Shown here: positions 33,823 through 45,838 of the stretch, one piece after another
How positions within the stretch are numbered: the stretch's first letter is position 1
How the letters are laid out: every line of letters begins with the position of its first letter
Assembly (NCBI GenBank): GCA_977017575.1
Contig: CDRNVI010000072.1
Location: 1-64,000 of the forward strand
Direction: 5' to 3'
Source: Paramoeba atlantica
Lineage: Eukaryota; Protista; Discosea
DNA length: 64,000 nucleotides
Position numbers and translations under genes: made by a program
The notes under the pieces: generated by a model
The model's database searches: none
Seen by the model: the letters and a program-made list of their open reading frames with translations, nothing else
What the model was told of the DNA's origin: nothing

Positions 33823-34701
33823 ATGTATGTTATTCTAAAACTATCTACGATGTTTGCACCTCAAATGCAGTTAGCAGATACGCAGCAGTCGCAGAATACA
33901 CGACAGAGACATGATGGAACTTCTTTGTTGTCTGTAGCACGGGGAAACCTATCAGAAGCCACAACACCCGTTGTTTGTCTCGGTAAGGTTCGAGGATCGA
34001 GTTTACCACAGGAATATGAACTTGCACGATTGATTGCAGATGTTAGAAATTCACATTCCTCCTGGAATGTTTCAATAGCTGCGTGCAAATGGCAAGGTGT
34101 GACGTGTGATGAAGAATTACGCGTCACACAAATTTACTGGACAAAGAGACTTTGGAATGAATATTTGACTTACGTAAAAGTAAATTTAAAGCCTCTTGCA
34201 GGACCCCTTCACTGGCATTATTTGCCCCGTACACTGCTTCGTTTTTCTGTTGCGTCTAATAAGCTCATAGGAACAGTTCCGCTTGATTCGTTGCCTCCGG
34301 ACCTTTTGTTCTTTTACGCATCCGACAATACGTTTACTGGTGAATTAAACTTGACAAGCTTGCCGTTAACGTTGAAGGGACTGAGTCTTAAAGCTAACAT
34401 GTTTGAAGGATGTGTGGACTTTACTCAGCTACCACCGAACCTAACATTCTTGACCGTTTCTGGCAACGAACTTTCCGGAATCGTTGACTTATCTTCTTTG
34501 CCGGACACGATGTTCGAACTTGATTTGTCCAACAATCAATTCGAGGGTCCAATAGTATTGGGAGAAATCCCTTCAAGATTAGAGATGCTAAAACTTGAGA
34601 ATAATGCAAAACTTTGCGGTGAGATTGATGTGGGCTCTTTTGATGAGAAAGACATAGTCATAGAATACAGCCAGACCAATATCAGAGCTAAAATGATTTG
34701 A
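33823..34701 (+). CDS. LRR family protein
   Basis: GKVRGSSLPQEYEL..SHSSW..AACKWQGVTC; LRR repeats; true start may be 33850. Confidence 0.9.
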   Translation: MYVILKLSTMFAPQMQLADTQQSQNTRQRHDGTSLLSVARGNLSEATTPVVCLGKVRGSSLPQEYELARLIADVRNSHSSWNVSIAACKWQGVTCDEELRVTQIYWTKRLWNEYLTYVKVNLKPLAGPLHWHYLPRTLLRFSVASNKLIGTVPLDSLPPDLLFFYASDNTFTGELNLTSLPLTLKGLSLKANMFEGCVDFTQLPPNLTFLTVSGNELSGIVDLSSLPDTMFELDLSNNQFEGPIVLGEIPSRLEMLKLENNAKLCGEIDVGSFDEKDIVIEYSQTNIRAKMI

Positions 34702-34849
34702 CTTACTTGGCGAACCGTATAAATCGCACAGAATGCCGACATATGGTAAATTTCCCCTAAATTGGTGAAAAAGAGATGTTCAATTCAATTAAAGTCGTCA
34801 TAAGCTTTACAAAATCTATTCACACGGCGCTCGGGAATGAAAAAACAGA

Positions 34850-35373
34850 CAGGGTAAAGTGGACGATGGAGATACCAGTAGTGTAGGTGCGGCTGTTTCG
34901 CACAGGATAAACGGCATCTCCACCTTTTTAGGTGCCTGTCTTCATGCTATAAGGGAGATTTTTTCTGTGGGAAACTTCCGCACCTACACTATTGGTATCT
35001 CCCTCGTCCACTTTACCCTGGGTTACAAAGTAAAAACACATTCCCTAGGACTCCTTACATCTTCCCACGCGAGGAAGTCGTCGTCGCACGGCGAAAAGAC
35101 AGAGGGCTCCGCTTTCTTCTTTTTGCCTTGCGCCTCCTCCTTCCTCCAAGGTCTTGCGTACCACAAACTTCCAGTTGAAAAAAGCAATTGGGGTTTTCAA
35201 ATCACTTCCGAAGAAGGTAGTCTCAAGCCGTCCAAAAGGTACGTTTATCTTTCTTAAAACTATCAGTTTATGGTGTTGTCCTTGATTCTTTGCGAAAAAA
35301 CTATTTCCGGAAACTTTTTCGTCGGGTCAAACTTATTAATATACGATAGCGAGGGAGTAGTATCTCCCTCAAT
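34850..35373 (-). mobile_element. Family-P element, apparently complete
   Basis: 170-bp palindrome 34850-35020; other end GAGGGAG-TAGTAT-CTCCCTC-AAT. Confidence 0.75.
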
Positions 35374-35585
35374 AAGCAATTTATGGTTCATGCAATATTT
35401 CTTGACTCTCCCCGTCATCGGCTCTGCGTCGTTTTCCCAATCGCACGCCCTTCTTATTGATTTCGTATATCACCGGTATCGCTTTATTCATTTATCTTTC
35501 CCTAAGCACTGTACTTGTTCGCTTCCTCCTCTTCTCTTTCTGTGGTTTTTCTTTATGAATATATGTACCTTTTCTCCTTTGCCTC

Positions 35586-36992
35586 ATGATTCTACAATCT
35601 ACATCCTGTGCTGACACGTCTGCCTCAAGACGTGGTAAAATAGCAAACGTTGCATTCCCCCCTGAGCTGCAAGTACTGCGGTTCCTCTCAGGTGTGACCA
35701 ATCCACACAGTGCTTGGGTCCCGTCTGTCCCCCTCGAACTGTGGGGGGGCGTTGTGGTTGACGGCGACAGAAAACTTTACGGATTCGAATTTATAGACTC
35801 GCTCGACCTAGAAGGCACATTGAATTGGCAACATTTTCCAGACAAGCTTGAAAGTTGTAACTACTCGCTTACCATGTAAGCGAGTCCCCCCATACAGCTC
35901 TCTCTCATTTCGACCTACCTGGCATGCGACGCCCTCCAACGTGGCTAGCCGATAATGACGGTATGCTACGTCCGGATGGGTGGGTAAAGCTAAGGGACGG
36001 GAAAGAGTTCATTATTGAACTAATTTGCCCATGGGAGGAGAATATGCAGGTCGCGCACGAGCGGAAAATTCTGAAATACCACCACCTGTGGCATACGCGA
36101 AAAGAAAATCATCCCGAAACATACCTATTCGCCCTAGAGATTGGGGCTCGCGGAAGTCTCCAAGACTCGACGAGTAAATTAGACATGCTCTTCTGCGAGG
36201 AAATAAAGCTTGCGAAAGAGTGTCGCTAACACTTGGTGACGAGAGCATTTAGGGGGAGTTTCACTATATACCAAAATCGGGACCGCGCAAACTGGAACCC
36301 CATGGATGTTTGTATTTCGGATGAGTAAACGGGAATAGCCAAACACGTCGTATGCGTGTACGGGATCATATATTGTGTGATCCCAGGCTATTTGACTTAA
36401 TCTCTACAGTATAACTGTATGAATCCTTCTTCTTTTCTACACAAGTCTGACGGGTGCCGTGCAGTGTGGTTCTCTCCCTTCTTGCTTAGTCACACTTGAA
36501 TTAGCAAACAACAACTTTTCTGGGCCTCTGCCTTCGGGCTCTAATCCCCTTCCAGAACGTTTTCATACCTTTGATCTTTATTCAAATCGCTTTTCAGGTC
36601 CAGTTGATCTGGAAGCTCTGCCGCAAGAGATCAAGTTATTCTCTTTTTCCATGAATCGTATAATTGGGGAGCTTGACTTGACCCTACTGCCTCCTGTTCT
36701 TGAAACTCTTTATGCTTACGAAAACAATTTGGAAGGTGTCGCCGACCTTACATGTCTTCCGAAAACAATCGAGGATTTAGTTTTACGCGGCAATTCTTTT
36801 TCTGGAACCATCGATTTAACATGCTTGCCGGCAGGTATGGAAGAATTAGATCTCAGCCATAATGAATTTTCCGGCGTTGTTCGCTGGGCAGACCTTCCCC
36901 CCGCTCTTTACTATATTTATTTAGATGGAAACAAGATTACTGCTGCCGATCCTAACCCTCATCCAGATGCCATAAGAATTTCTCTATGGTAG
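35586..36992 (+). pseudogene. LRR family gene disrupted by a retroelement fragment
   Basis: N-part RRGKIAN..FPPE..NPHSAW to ~35855; LRRs resume ~36425-36992. Confidence 0.8.
35860..36410 (+). mobile_element. 3' fragment of an RLE-type non-LTR element (HERO/R4-like)
   Basis: LRPDG....IIELICPWEENM..AHERKILKY...LEIGARG; boundaries approximate. Confidence 0.75.
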
Positions 36993-37221
36993 CGGTTGTT
37001 TTAGTGGGGCGAAGTTCCCATAAAGCATCCATACCCTAAATCATTGGCATGTACCGTTCCTTTTTTGTGCAACATTTAAGTTTTCACGAGATATGAAATC
37101 ACGTCTTTAAACTCGTATCATTCTGTTGTAACGGGCAGATGTAAATCTAACTTGCATCACCACATAAACTCAATCGAATTCGTTTTTCTTTCGTGCCTTC
37201 GTTCTTTCTTTCACCAAACAC

Positions 37222-39588
37222 ATGTCATATACGAATTGGCAGCGCTCCCTGCGCGAACCTATCTTCCTTCAAAACACAATAAAGAAAAACGTTTACCCCT
37301 CCAGCGACACGACGCTTCCCCCCATCGCACCCTATCCTCTATCCTTCAAAAACAAAAGTCGTGCTCCCTCTTCCTCAAAACAAAATCTTTGTCTACATGT
37401 CACAACCCGTGACATTCCTTCACACGCTACGAATCGCTCATCCGTTTCTTCCTCTCCTTCCCCACGGTCGTGTGTAAAACGTAAATCGTTCTCTCCACAA
37501 CACAACCCCTCTCGAAATCGAAATTTTAGAAAGTTCGAGAGCATTCAAAAGTTGGCATCCCCCGAGACGTGCGACCATGAGGTCTTGTCCCCTTCTTCTT
37601 CTTCCTCTTCTTTTCGGTCGAATACAAAGTTAAATGCGCGAACCTCTAAAGTCTCTTTAAAGACTTTAGAGACTTCACTTTCTTTTGTCTCTTTTTTACG
37701 TTACGGTCTAAAAGAGTATTCAAAAGGGCTGAAAATGGGAAAAACTTTTTTGAGGAATAAAGAGACGTCTGGAGTGCACGCTTCTTGGAGCGGTTCCCAT
37801 TCTTCGCAGCCTTCTTCTTCTTCTTGTGAAAGGGGAAAAGGGATTTCAATGCATGAAAAGGATCATGTTTTGGTTTTTTCCTATCAAGAGGTCCAAGAGG
37901 ATTGTAGGATTAATAACCCTAAAGGGAGTGAAACAATTTCGTATACTCAAGAAGGGGAGAGCAAGAAGGAAAAGAGGGATTTTCAAGAATGGAAGAGCAA
38001 GAATGAAAGTGTGGATTTTCTAGAACGCAAGTTCGAAAATGAAAATAGACCTTTTCAAGAAAAAGAACATTTTAACATCCAAAACGCGGAATCTCATGCT
38101 GCAGACAAGAACCCTCAACCCCCAAATCTCTCCAAAACCATCGCTTTATGTTCTCCACAATCCCACAACGCTACGGTTGTAAAAGACGAGGCTAATAGGC
38201 CAATTACCGGCTCTCCCTGCACGTCTTTTCATTCTGTAAAGAAGGCATCGAATGTCGTAAAAAATTCAAATCACAACTCTTCTCTCCTTTCCTTCACCTC
38301 TCACGCTCCTTATCTTTTTCAAAAAATCCATCGCCTTTTTGGTTGGGACTTGGAGGAAATTTGCACTCAACTTTTTCACCCGATTTGGGAAAACACAAAA
38401 ACACCGGGAAAATCAAAAGCTCGGATTTATTACGCTGGAGCGCACTGGGTAGTAAAAACGGTGACTGAAAACGAGCAGAGCTTTCTGTGTCGCTTGTTAC
38501 CACATTATGTACGTTATGTCGAGGCTCATCCGAATACAAGGCTTCCGATATTCGTTGGGCATTTTTCGGTGAGTTATGATGCAAGTCTTACGAAACATGA
38601 AAACGCAAAGTCATTTTTTGGAAGCTTATTCGATAAGAAACTGTGTTGTAATTCATCTTGTAGAACAACACGAACCGCGCATGTTGTGGTCATGCGAACG
38701 GTTTTTGAATCCAGTCTTCCGCTCTTCTGTGTGTATGATTTAAAAGGAAGTACAACCGGTCGAAGCTATGGGGTACGGAAAGACAAAGATGTGGGGATAA
38801 AAAAAGAGAGCCACAAAAACTCTCTTTTTGTAACGGAGAATACGAGAATCGGATTATCTCCTTCTCATGCCTCTCTTTCTCTTTCTTCCGCTACAGATCT
38901 GAACGAAAAAGAATTTTTTAGTAAACCTCGAGATGCATCAACTCTTGCAGCCCTTCTTTCTGTGCAATCTTTTAAAAAACCTTTCTTTCTAGACGCCCAA
39001 CTTGCGTCTTCTTCTTTGCCCTCTCCTCCCATGTTTTACGATTCCGATCTTCTACCCACCATGAAAGTCCATTTAGCTCTCGAAGACAGTGAGCTTGTGA
39101 TCTCGCAAATCCAAAAGGACTGCAATTTTCTGCAATCGTTTTCGGTCATGGATTACAGTCTTCTGTTGGGCGTCAGTCGAATTTTCGATACTCATTCACA
39201 TTCTTCTTCACAGAAAACAGAGACTGGACCTAAAGAGTTATCGAAAGGAGAAAATTCTGTTTTGGATAGCACAAAGCGCAGGGCTTCAACCTCCTTTCGA
39301 AATTTACGCAATGGCATGAGGGAAATCGATGTGAATTCTGCTTTGTCTCATGCCATGATCAATGGAATTTGCTCCCCTCCACTTCGCTCCAGTGAGGGAC
39401 ATCTCTATTATGAGATCTACTTTTTTCGAATGATTGATGTTTTACAACAATATACCCTTCGAAAAAAGTTGGAGCATTTCTTTAGAGGAATGTGCTATGG
39501 GTTTCATTCCATCAGTGCAGTTCCGCCGGCCGCGTACGCGAAACGTTTTCAGAAATTAATGAAGCGTACTTTTGCGTGCCAAACGTGA
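37222..39588 (+). CDS. PIP5K: Phosphatidylinositol-phosphate kinase (PIP5K family)
   Basis: GKS...VVKT, VVVM..VF, YDLKGS, DC.FL....VMDYSLLLG, IDVLQQY...KKLEH, SAVPP..YA.RF; long low-complexity N-terminus. Confidence 0.92.
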   Translation: MSYTNWQRSLREPIFLQNTIKKNVYPSSDTTLPPIAPYPLSFKNKSRAPSSSKQNLCLHVTTRDIPSHATNRSSVSSSPSPRSCVKRKSFSPQHNPSRNRNFRKFESIQKLASPETCDHEVLSPSSSSSSFRSNTKLNARTSKVSLKTLETSLSFVSFLRYGLKEYSKGLKMGKTFLRNKETSGVHASWSGSHSSQPSSSSCERGKGISMHEKDHVLVFSYQEVQEDCRINNPKGSETISYTQEGESKKEKRDFQEWKSKNESVDFLERKFENENRPFQEKEHFNIQNAESHAADKNPQPPNLSKTIALCSPQSHNATVVKDEANRPITGSPCTSFHSVKKASNVVKNSNHNSSLLSFTSHAPYLFQKIHRLFGWDLEEICTQLFHPIWENTKTPGKSKARIYYAGAHWVVKTVTENEQSFLCRLLPHYVRYVEAHPNTRLPIFVGHFSVSYDASLTKHENAKSFFGSLFDKKLCCNSSCRTTRTAHVVVMRTVFESSLPLFCVYDLKGSTTGRSYGVRKDKDVGIKKESHKNSLFVTENTRIGLSPSHASLSLSSATDLNEKEFFSKPRDASTLAALLSVQSFKKPFFLDAQLASSSLPSPPMFYDSDLLPTMKVHLALEDSELVISQIQKDCNFLQSFSVMDYSLLLGVSRIFDTHSHSSSQKTETGPKELSKGENSVLDSTKRRASTSFRNLRNGMREIDVNSALSHAMINGICSPPLRSSEGHLYYEIYFFRMIDVLQQYTLRKKLEHFFRGMCYGFHSISAVPPAAYAKRFQKLMKRTFACQT

Positions 39589-39619
39589 ATTTCACAGATA
39601 AACTGTTTATCTAATCCAG

Positions 39620-39922
39620 ATGTATGTTCTCCAGACTGGAAAACACAACCTCACGCGTTTACCCTCCACCATGGAACATTTGAGTGTCTCGAACAATCGT
39701 TTTACGGGCCCTCTTGACTTACAACATTTGTCTCCATCTCTCAAGTCTCTCCAGTGTGCTTTTAATGATTTCAGCGGCCGAGTAATGTTTGATTCTCTTC
39801 CTGTAGGCTTGCACCATCTGACTTTGGGACATAATTCTAATCTTCGTGGTGATGGTTCAAAGATCCCGGTCCTCCCTATGGGTGTGGATGTGTCCAGTAC
39901 AAAGATATCCATGAAACATTAA
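39620..39922 (+). pseudogene. 5'-truncated LRR family fragment
   Basis: Only ~3 C-terminal LRRs, no KVRG/cap region. Confidence 0.7.
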
Positions 39923-40127
39923 CAGGTACTTAAGCGCTGAATCCAAAAAGCATACAAAAGATAACGTTACATTTGACAAGTGCTCTTTTAATCTCTTAAA
40001 GAACTTTTTTTCCACTTGTCTTTGTAAACATTTTTCTCATCTTTTACCGTAATATCCGTACATTGTAATATTTATACTTTTTTTAGCGTTTCACTTCTAT
40101 TCTCTTACTGATTTCAATTCTGCCTTC

Positions 40128-40988
40128 ATGATCTTTCCATCATGCCGGCGTTATGATGCTGTCGAGGATTCACATCCTCCTAGGCAACACAATCACATCG
40201 GTAAGATACGGGGCTCCACCTTACCACAGGAATATGACCTCTCCCGTCTACTCCAAAATTTTGAAATTCTCCATCCCTCATGGAATACGCTAACACCTGC
40301 CTGTGAGTGGCAAGGCATCACTTGTGGAAGTGACTTTCCACACTTGTGTGTAAGTAACTCACAAGTAACACAGATTTATTGGAATGAGATGAGTCTTCGA
40401 GGGTCTCTTCAATGGGATTATCTTCCCCTCTCTGTGCATTCTTTTCACATTGGAAATAACTGGATAACCGGTTCGGTCCCTTTTCACACACTGCCTTCTC
40501 ATTTTACCTGTCTTCAGCTTTTAAACAATCAATTTACGGGTCCTGTCGACTTTGTCCGTCTTCCACAATCGCTACGAAATCTTTGTTTAAATTCTAATTT
40601 GTTTTACGGCGAAGCGGATTTGACACACTTGCCACCCGGTTTGGTCTCTCTGCAGTTCTCTTCGAATAAATTTTCTGGTACTCTTGATCTTTGCAGTTTG
40701 CCACATGGTCTCGCTCTTCTTGAGCTACGCGACAATGCGCTTTCCGGTCCTCTTGACCTTAGACAGTTGCCCTCCTCTCTTGTAACGTTGAATTGTGAGG
40801 CCAATCGTTTCTGTGGTTTGGTGCAGTTTGATAAACTGCCTAAACAATTGCTCTCCGTATATCTCAGTGAAAACACTGAACTTTGTGGTAAAGTGGACAC
40901 TTATCCAAGTTCTGGTTTCCCGTTCGTGTCCGTCAAAAACACAAACATACGCGAGACATTCAGAAACGCGACTTTTGAATTTTTCTGA
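40128..40988 (+). CDS. LRR family protein
   Basis: GKIRGSTLPQEYDL..LHPSW..PACEWQGITC; 286 aa. Confidence 0.9.
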   Translation: MIFPSCRRYDAVEDSHPPRQHNHIGKIRGSTLPQEYDLSRLLQNFEILHPSWNTLTPACEWQGITCGSDFPHLCVSNSQVTQIYWNEMSLRGSLQWDYLPLSVHSFHIGNNWITGSVPFHTLPSHFTCLQLLNNQFTGPVDFVRLPQSLRNLCLNSNLFYGEADLTHLPPGLVSLQFSSNKFSGTLDLCSLPHGLALLELRDNALSGPLDLRQLPSSLVTLNCEANRFCGLVQFDKLPKQLLSVYLSENTELCGKVDTYPSSGFPFVSVKNTNIRETFRNATFEFF

Positions 40989-41422
40989 TTTTCTCCCTTA
41001 GTTTACTTTCCTTTCACTAATCGACTAAAAAAAGGCAGCTGTAAGTTGGTACAGTATTTCCTGTTTTGGTTGGCATGAGTTTGCATGAATTAGCACAAGG
41101 AAGGCACACTGGATGGAACCGATTAACAGCACACTTTCCCTAGTTAAAACTAGTCCATAATTTTCCTGTGTCCCCGTTTAGTATGTATTATGTACAGTCA
41201 CAGCTACTGATTTTGAAAACGCAGTGGAGTGCAAGTGTTTTTCCGATCGCATGGATATATTTTCCTTGTCCACTCTTTTTTTTCGAGGCTACCATTTTTT
41301 ATTTCACTCTATGATCACGGTTTACGCCCGTGTTGTCTTCCTGTTTTACGCTTCGGATGCCCCAAAATCAGATGATTTAATTTGTAATCATTGATTCCAA
41401 ACGAAGCCGCTCTCCTGCAGGT

Positions 41423-42190
41423 ATGGACAATACTTCACACAGTCGCCCCAGTAAAGTACGAGGAGCTCTTTTACCCTCTGAATACGAACTTACACGCTTT
41501 GTATCAAAGATAGAAAATCCGCATATTTCTTGGAGCGCATCGACTCCTGCATGCGAGTGGAAAGGAGTCACCTGTGTTGACTCTCGTATTCAAATAGTGG
41601 ATTGGGGACGTAGCGGTCTTAAGGGGTCTCTTCTCTTCGAGTGGATGCCCCGTGCATCCCGTTTCTTTTATTTATTTAACAATCAGGTTGGAGATTTTGT
41701 TAAACTTGACTCTTTACCACCTCAACTGACGTGTCTGGATCTTGATATCAATACATTCAGTGGTTCGATCGATCTGATTCACATACCCTCCACCTTTCGT
41801 ACTCTTTCATTGCGTAATAATGCATTTGCAGGATCTGTGGATCTTAATCACTTGCCACCGAATCTGGAGGAATTATATCTTAACAACAACAATTTAAGTG
41901 GTAGAGTCGATCTCGATCGTTTGCCTCTGTGCATGATCTCTCTAGATTTGTCCCATAATCGATTCACCGGTTTCCTCTCGCTGGAAAAGCTTCCTCCTTT
42001 GCTTGAGTATGCCTTCTTTGATTGCAATTGTTTTTACGGTCTTGTTCAATTTGAAACCCTTCCTGTGACTTTAGAATCTTTGAGCATCAAAAGTAACTTG
42101 GAACTTGTTGGCGAAATCAAGAGGCACTCACTTCCCGACAAATTGACAAGTATTGACATCGAAGATACCCAAATAAGTTTAATTCCCTGA
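41423..42190 (+). CDS. LRR family protein
   Basis: SKVRGALLPSEYEL..NPHISW..PACEWKGVTC; 255 aa. Confidence 0.9.
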   Translation: MDNTSHSRPSKVRGALLPSEYELTRFVSKIENPHISWSASTPACEWKGVTCVDSRIQIVDWGRSGLKGSLLFEWMPRASRFFYLFNNQVGDFVKLDSLPPQLTCLDLDINTFSGSIDLIHIPSTFRTLSLRNNAFAGSVDLNHLPPNLEELYLNNNNLSGRVDLDRLPLCMISLDLSHNRFTGFLSLEKLPPLLEYAFFDCNCFYGLVQFETLPVTLESLSIKSNLELVGEIKRHSLPDKLTSIDIEDTQISLIP

Positions 42191-43705
42191 ATAAACAAAA
42201 CAAAGGTCATTATTCTTTTTTTCTCCTCTTTGCTACTTTTTTCTCGTTATTTTTACCTTACCTACAATTCGGTTTAATATTCCTGTAGCCCGATAACATT
42301 CCGGAACAGGTCGTGATGTGCCCGGATTAATTCCGAACAAGTCTTACAAACGTACAACTCCGTGTTACACGGCTACTCATCATACACCCACCTTAATGGG
42401 ACGTATCTACGAACACGAACCACTATTTTTTATCAACAATATTTTATCAAATGCCTCCCTTCCGCTTTTCAGCAATAGGGCCCTTGAAATTGAGCCCCAC
42501 CCCGATGATCTTGGAAAATACGGTTGTCATGTTCGGAAACTTTCGCTCCGACTGCGCTGGATACGCATTTGCACTTAAACCCCGCGCACACAAGGCGATA
42601 CAACCAGTACTCTGGGGGCCCTAGTAGGTGAGACCTCCGGGAAACACCCTATGGCAGCGCTATCTCTCGTTCGACAGTGGGATTAGCCCACTTAGACGTA
42701 AAAAATAAATTTTATCCGCGATTGGCCAAATACAGTGGTCGTCACTATTCTCAGAATCCGTAATTGAACATTGACAGGATTTTTTTATTCTCATTCTCAG
42801 TTTCGCGACCATTCTCATTTTCGCGTTGATTTTGCCGTTTTTGAACGTTGACAAGAAATAGAAAAAAATCGGAAAAAAAAATCTTTTTTTTTATTTCCAT
42901 CTTTTTGTTCCTTGCTTATTAACGAATCCTCTAAAATATATTTTTCCACATGGTCGTAACGAACTATAGAAAGCTTGCAATCATGAAGAAGGTTCAGGTG
43001 ATGCCTGATGACACTCTCCTGGAAAAAATTACTTCTGCTCGGTCCGAGCGCAAGGTCGAAACACCTGTATCGACCTTGTTTTGATGGTTTCAAAACGAAG
43101 AGCCATCCGTATGGCGGACCCTAGGAAAAATCACACGCGAGACCGGAGTGCTACGAATTCCTTGGAAGATGTAGTAGCCAGTTGAATGCAAAATCAACAC
43201 GAGTTCACCAAGAAGTCCCGAAAGCGCTTCATCATTAGTGCTACTGGTGATCGCTCTGGGGATAGTAGTCGTTCCAACGCTCTTGATTGTTGGATACGTC
43301 GAATACTGAAAATAATTCTCATGTAATGTACATAGAAAACATATTTACTCAATCTATATAATGTTGCCTATTTAATAACACCCGTGCATTCCTCTCTCAT
43401 TCCACAACCCTCATAACAAATTCATATCGAAAAGTTGGATCCCTATTTACTCAGCATATCCTTTCACACACCTACCTCCACACATCCTATAACTTACGAC
43501 TGGGATATCAAAAGTTTCGCGTCGCACGTCCCGCCCGCGACGTCCTCGCCCGCGACCCCGTGCTGCATACGTCGAGACGGGAGGCTGGCGTATATAATTC
43601 ACATTTGGCTCACGCCGTCCTCTCCCGTACTCGATACTATGGCGCAACTTGTTTCCAAGGCCGTCATTAGGATCTCGCGCATTTCGGTAGTGTACTCCCC
43701 TTATA

Positions 43706-44515
43706 ATTGCGGTGGTTGTAAAACTACCGCTCTACCCTCGATTATTGAAAAAAAGGTGAACAAAAACAGTGAAAATAAAAAAGTAAATATAAAGAGTAAC
43801 ACAGTAATAAAGTAATAATAGAAGAAAAATTTATAAAAGGGGGCCCCGGTGGTCCAAAATTGAAAACACTGGGGGGTCTAGGGGTAGCCGGGGTCTTGGC
43901 GCGTATTTTCCACCCCCCTACCCGGGGGTGACCCCCCCCGCGTATCCGCAGGACGGGCCCGCCAAGTGCGGATTTTCTCAGAAAAAACATTTTGAAAAAA
44001 AAGTCAACTTGGCGAAAAAGATAGCAAAAAAAATATTTTTCCAAAATCGTTTCCCCTATTGTATTTTTATAGTTTGGGACTTATACTAGCTTTCTGCGCA
44101 GTTGTTTTCGCAGGCTATCTCTTCTTCGAGCCGTGGTATGCCCGCGAAAATGGCCCATTTTTGATTAAAAAAGGTGAAAAGGTATTTTTCGGACCCCAAG
44201 GGGCCTTTTTGTGTTGAAAGAATGGTGTGGTTGGAGTCGCATTCTCTACCCATTACGTTTGGTGGGCTTTCATTCATACCTGCAAGTGATTTCCCATACG
44301 CAAATGTCGGATTTAGTGCTCTGAGAGCAAAACTAGCTAAAATTGGCCCCATTTTTATCCGACAATCGGCTATTTTTGGCTATAATGTTTCCGTTTTCTT
44401 GAGCTTTCCAGGCCAAATTTTCTTTTTTAGGCTCTTCGTTAAACGCGGTGATAGTTTTCAACGCGAAGAGCGCAGCACGAGTGACTTCTAAGTTGAAAAC
44501 AACCACCGCGTTTAA
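43706..44515 (+). mobile_element. Family-A element, near-full copy
   Basis: Starts ATTGCGGTGGTTGTAAAACTACCGC, ends in palindrome truncated at CAACCACCGCGTTTAA. Confidence 0.85.
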
Positions 44516-44814
44516 TTAATTTTTATAAATGGGTCATTTAGGGGCATTTATAAAAACCCAGATTGAAGGAGGCGAGGGAGATACGAAGCAACAGGCGTGG
44601 CAGATTCCCACTGAAAAGAAATGGTATATCCCTGCACGAAGTTTGCCTCCGAGCTAGCAAGCGCAAAGGCTTTTCTCGTGCGGGGAGATACCATTTCTTT
44701 TCAGTGGGAATCTGCCACGCCTGTTGCTTCGTATCTCCCTCGCCCCTTTCAATCTGGGTTATCTACAAGCTGGTCGCCCTTCCACAACATGGCCAGCTGG
44801 CTTGTGTGCAGATG

Positions 44815-45590
44815 GCCACTGCAGCTACATTGCATTACTGCAGTCACTTCCTCACGTGGCAGTGCACTTACTCTCGCACGTGCCACTGCAGCTACACTAC
44901 AGTCACTGACTCTCTCGCGCGCCACTGCATCTACACTGTGTTCACTGTCTCACGTGGAAGTAGGCTTACTCGCGCACGTGCCACTGCATCTACACTGCGT
45001 TCACTGCCTCACGTGGCAGTACTCTGTCACTTACCACTGTACTTACAGTGGTAGTGCACGTACTCTTGCACGTGCCACTGCAGCTGCAATGCATCACTGC
45101 AGTCACTTCACGCGGCAGTGCAGCTGCATTGCATCAATACAGTCACTGCCTCACGTCGCAGTACACTTACTCTCTCACGTGCCACTGAAGCTACACTGCA
45201 GTCACCGACTCTCGCACGTGCCACTGCATCTACACTGCGTTCGCTTCCTCACGTGGCAGTAGACGTACTCGCGCACGTGCCACTGCAGCTACACTGCGTT
45301 CTCTGCCTCACGTGGCAGTACACTTACTCTCTCACGCGCCACTGCAGATCCACTGCATCAATACAGTCACTGCCTCACGTGGCAGTACACTTACTCTCTC
45401 AAGTGCCACTGCAGCTACACTGCATTACTGCAGGCACTTCCTCACGTGGCAGTGCACTTACTCTCGCACGTGCCACTGCAGCTACACTGCAGTCACTGCC
45501 TCTCTCACGCGCCACTGCGTCTACACTGTGTTCACTGCCTCACGTGGCAGTACACTTACTCTCTCAAGGGCACTGTATCTGCACACTACC
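44815..45590. repeat. Modular minisatellite (GCCACTGCAGCTACACTGC / CTCACGTGGCAGTACACTTACTCTCGCACGT blocks)
   Basis: Shuffled ~25-60-bp modules. Confidence 0.9.
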
Positions 45591-45762
45591 ACTCGGACCT
45601 GCTCATTATTTTTCTCTCTATATATATACAAAATGCAAACCGTGTTTTTGGTGGCCAGCTGGCCACTTTTTCGAGAAAAAAAATTCTGAAAAAAAAAATT
45701 GTTCTGAATATGTTTTTTGCGATCTTGAGCAAATAATTTTTCTTGCGATTTTTTTAGTAAAA

Positions 45763-45838
45763 TGTCGATGTCGGGAATCGAACCGCGGACGTCCAGCGTC
45801 AAAATGGAACCCCTTTACCAACTGGACTACTCAAAGGA
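45763..45838 (-). other. tRNA-like relic (A-box/B-box-like, no acceptor stem)
   Basis: TAGTCCAGTTGGTAAAG and GGTTCGATTCC, followed by TTTT; ends do not pair. Confidence 0.4.

Noticed and set aside
21140-35195. Apparent conserved peptide DDD.LAWE.V..PRE.VF before family-P palindromes
   Set aside because: Explained by DNA homology between two P copies; frames are broken and the reading crosses the element end
42400-43330. Possible highly decayed pogo-like remnant (FPNMTTVFSKIIGVGLN)
   Set aside because: Multiple stops and only one weak motif
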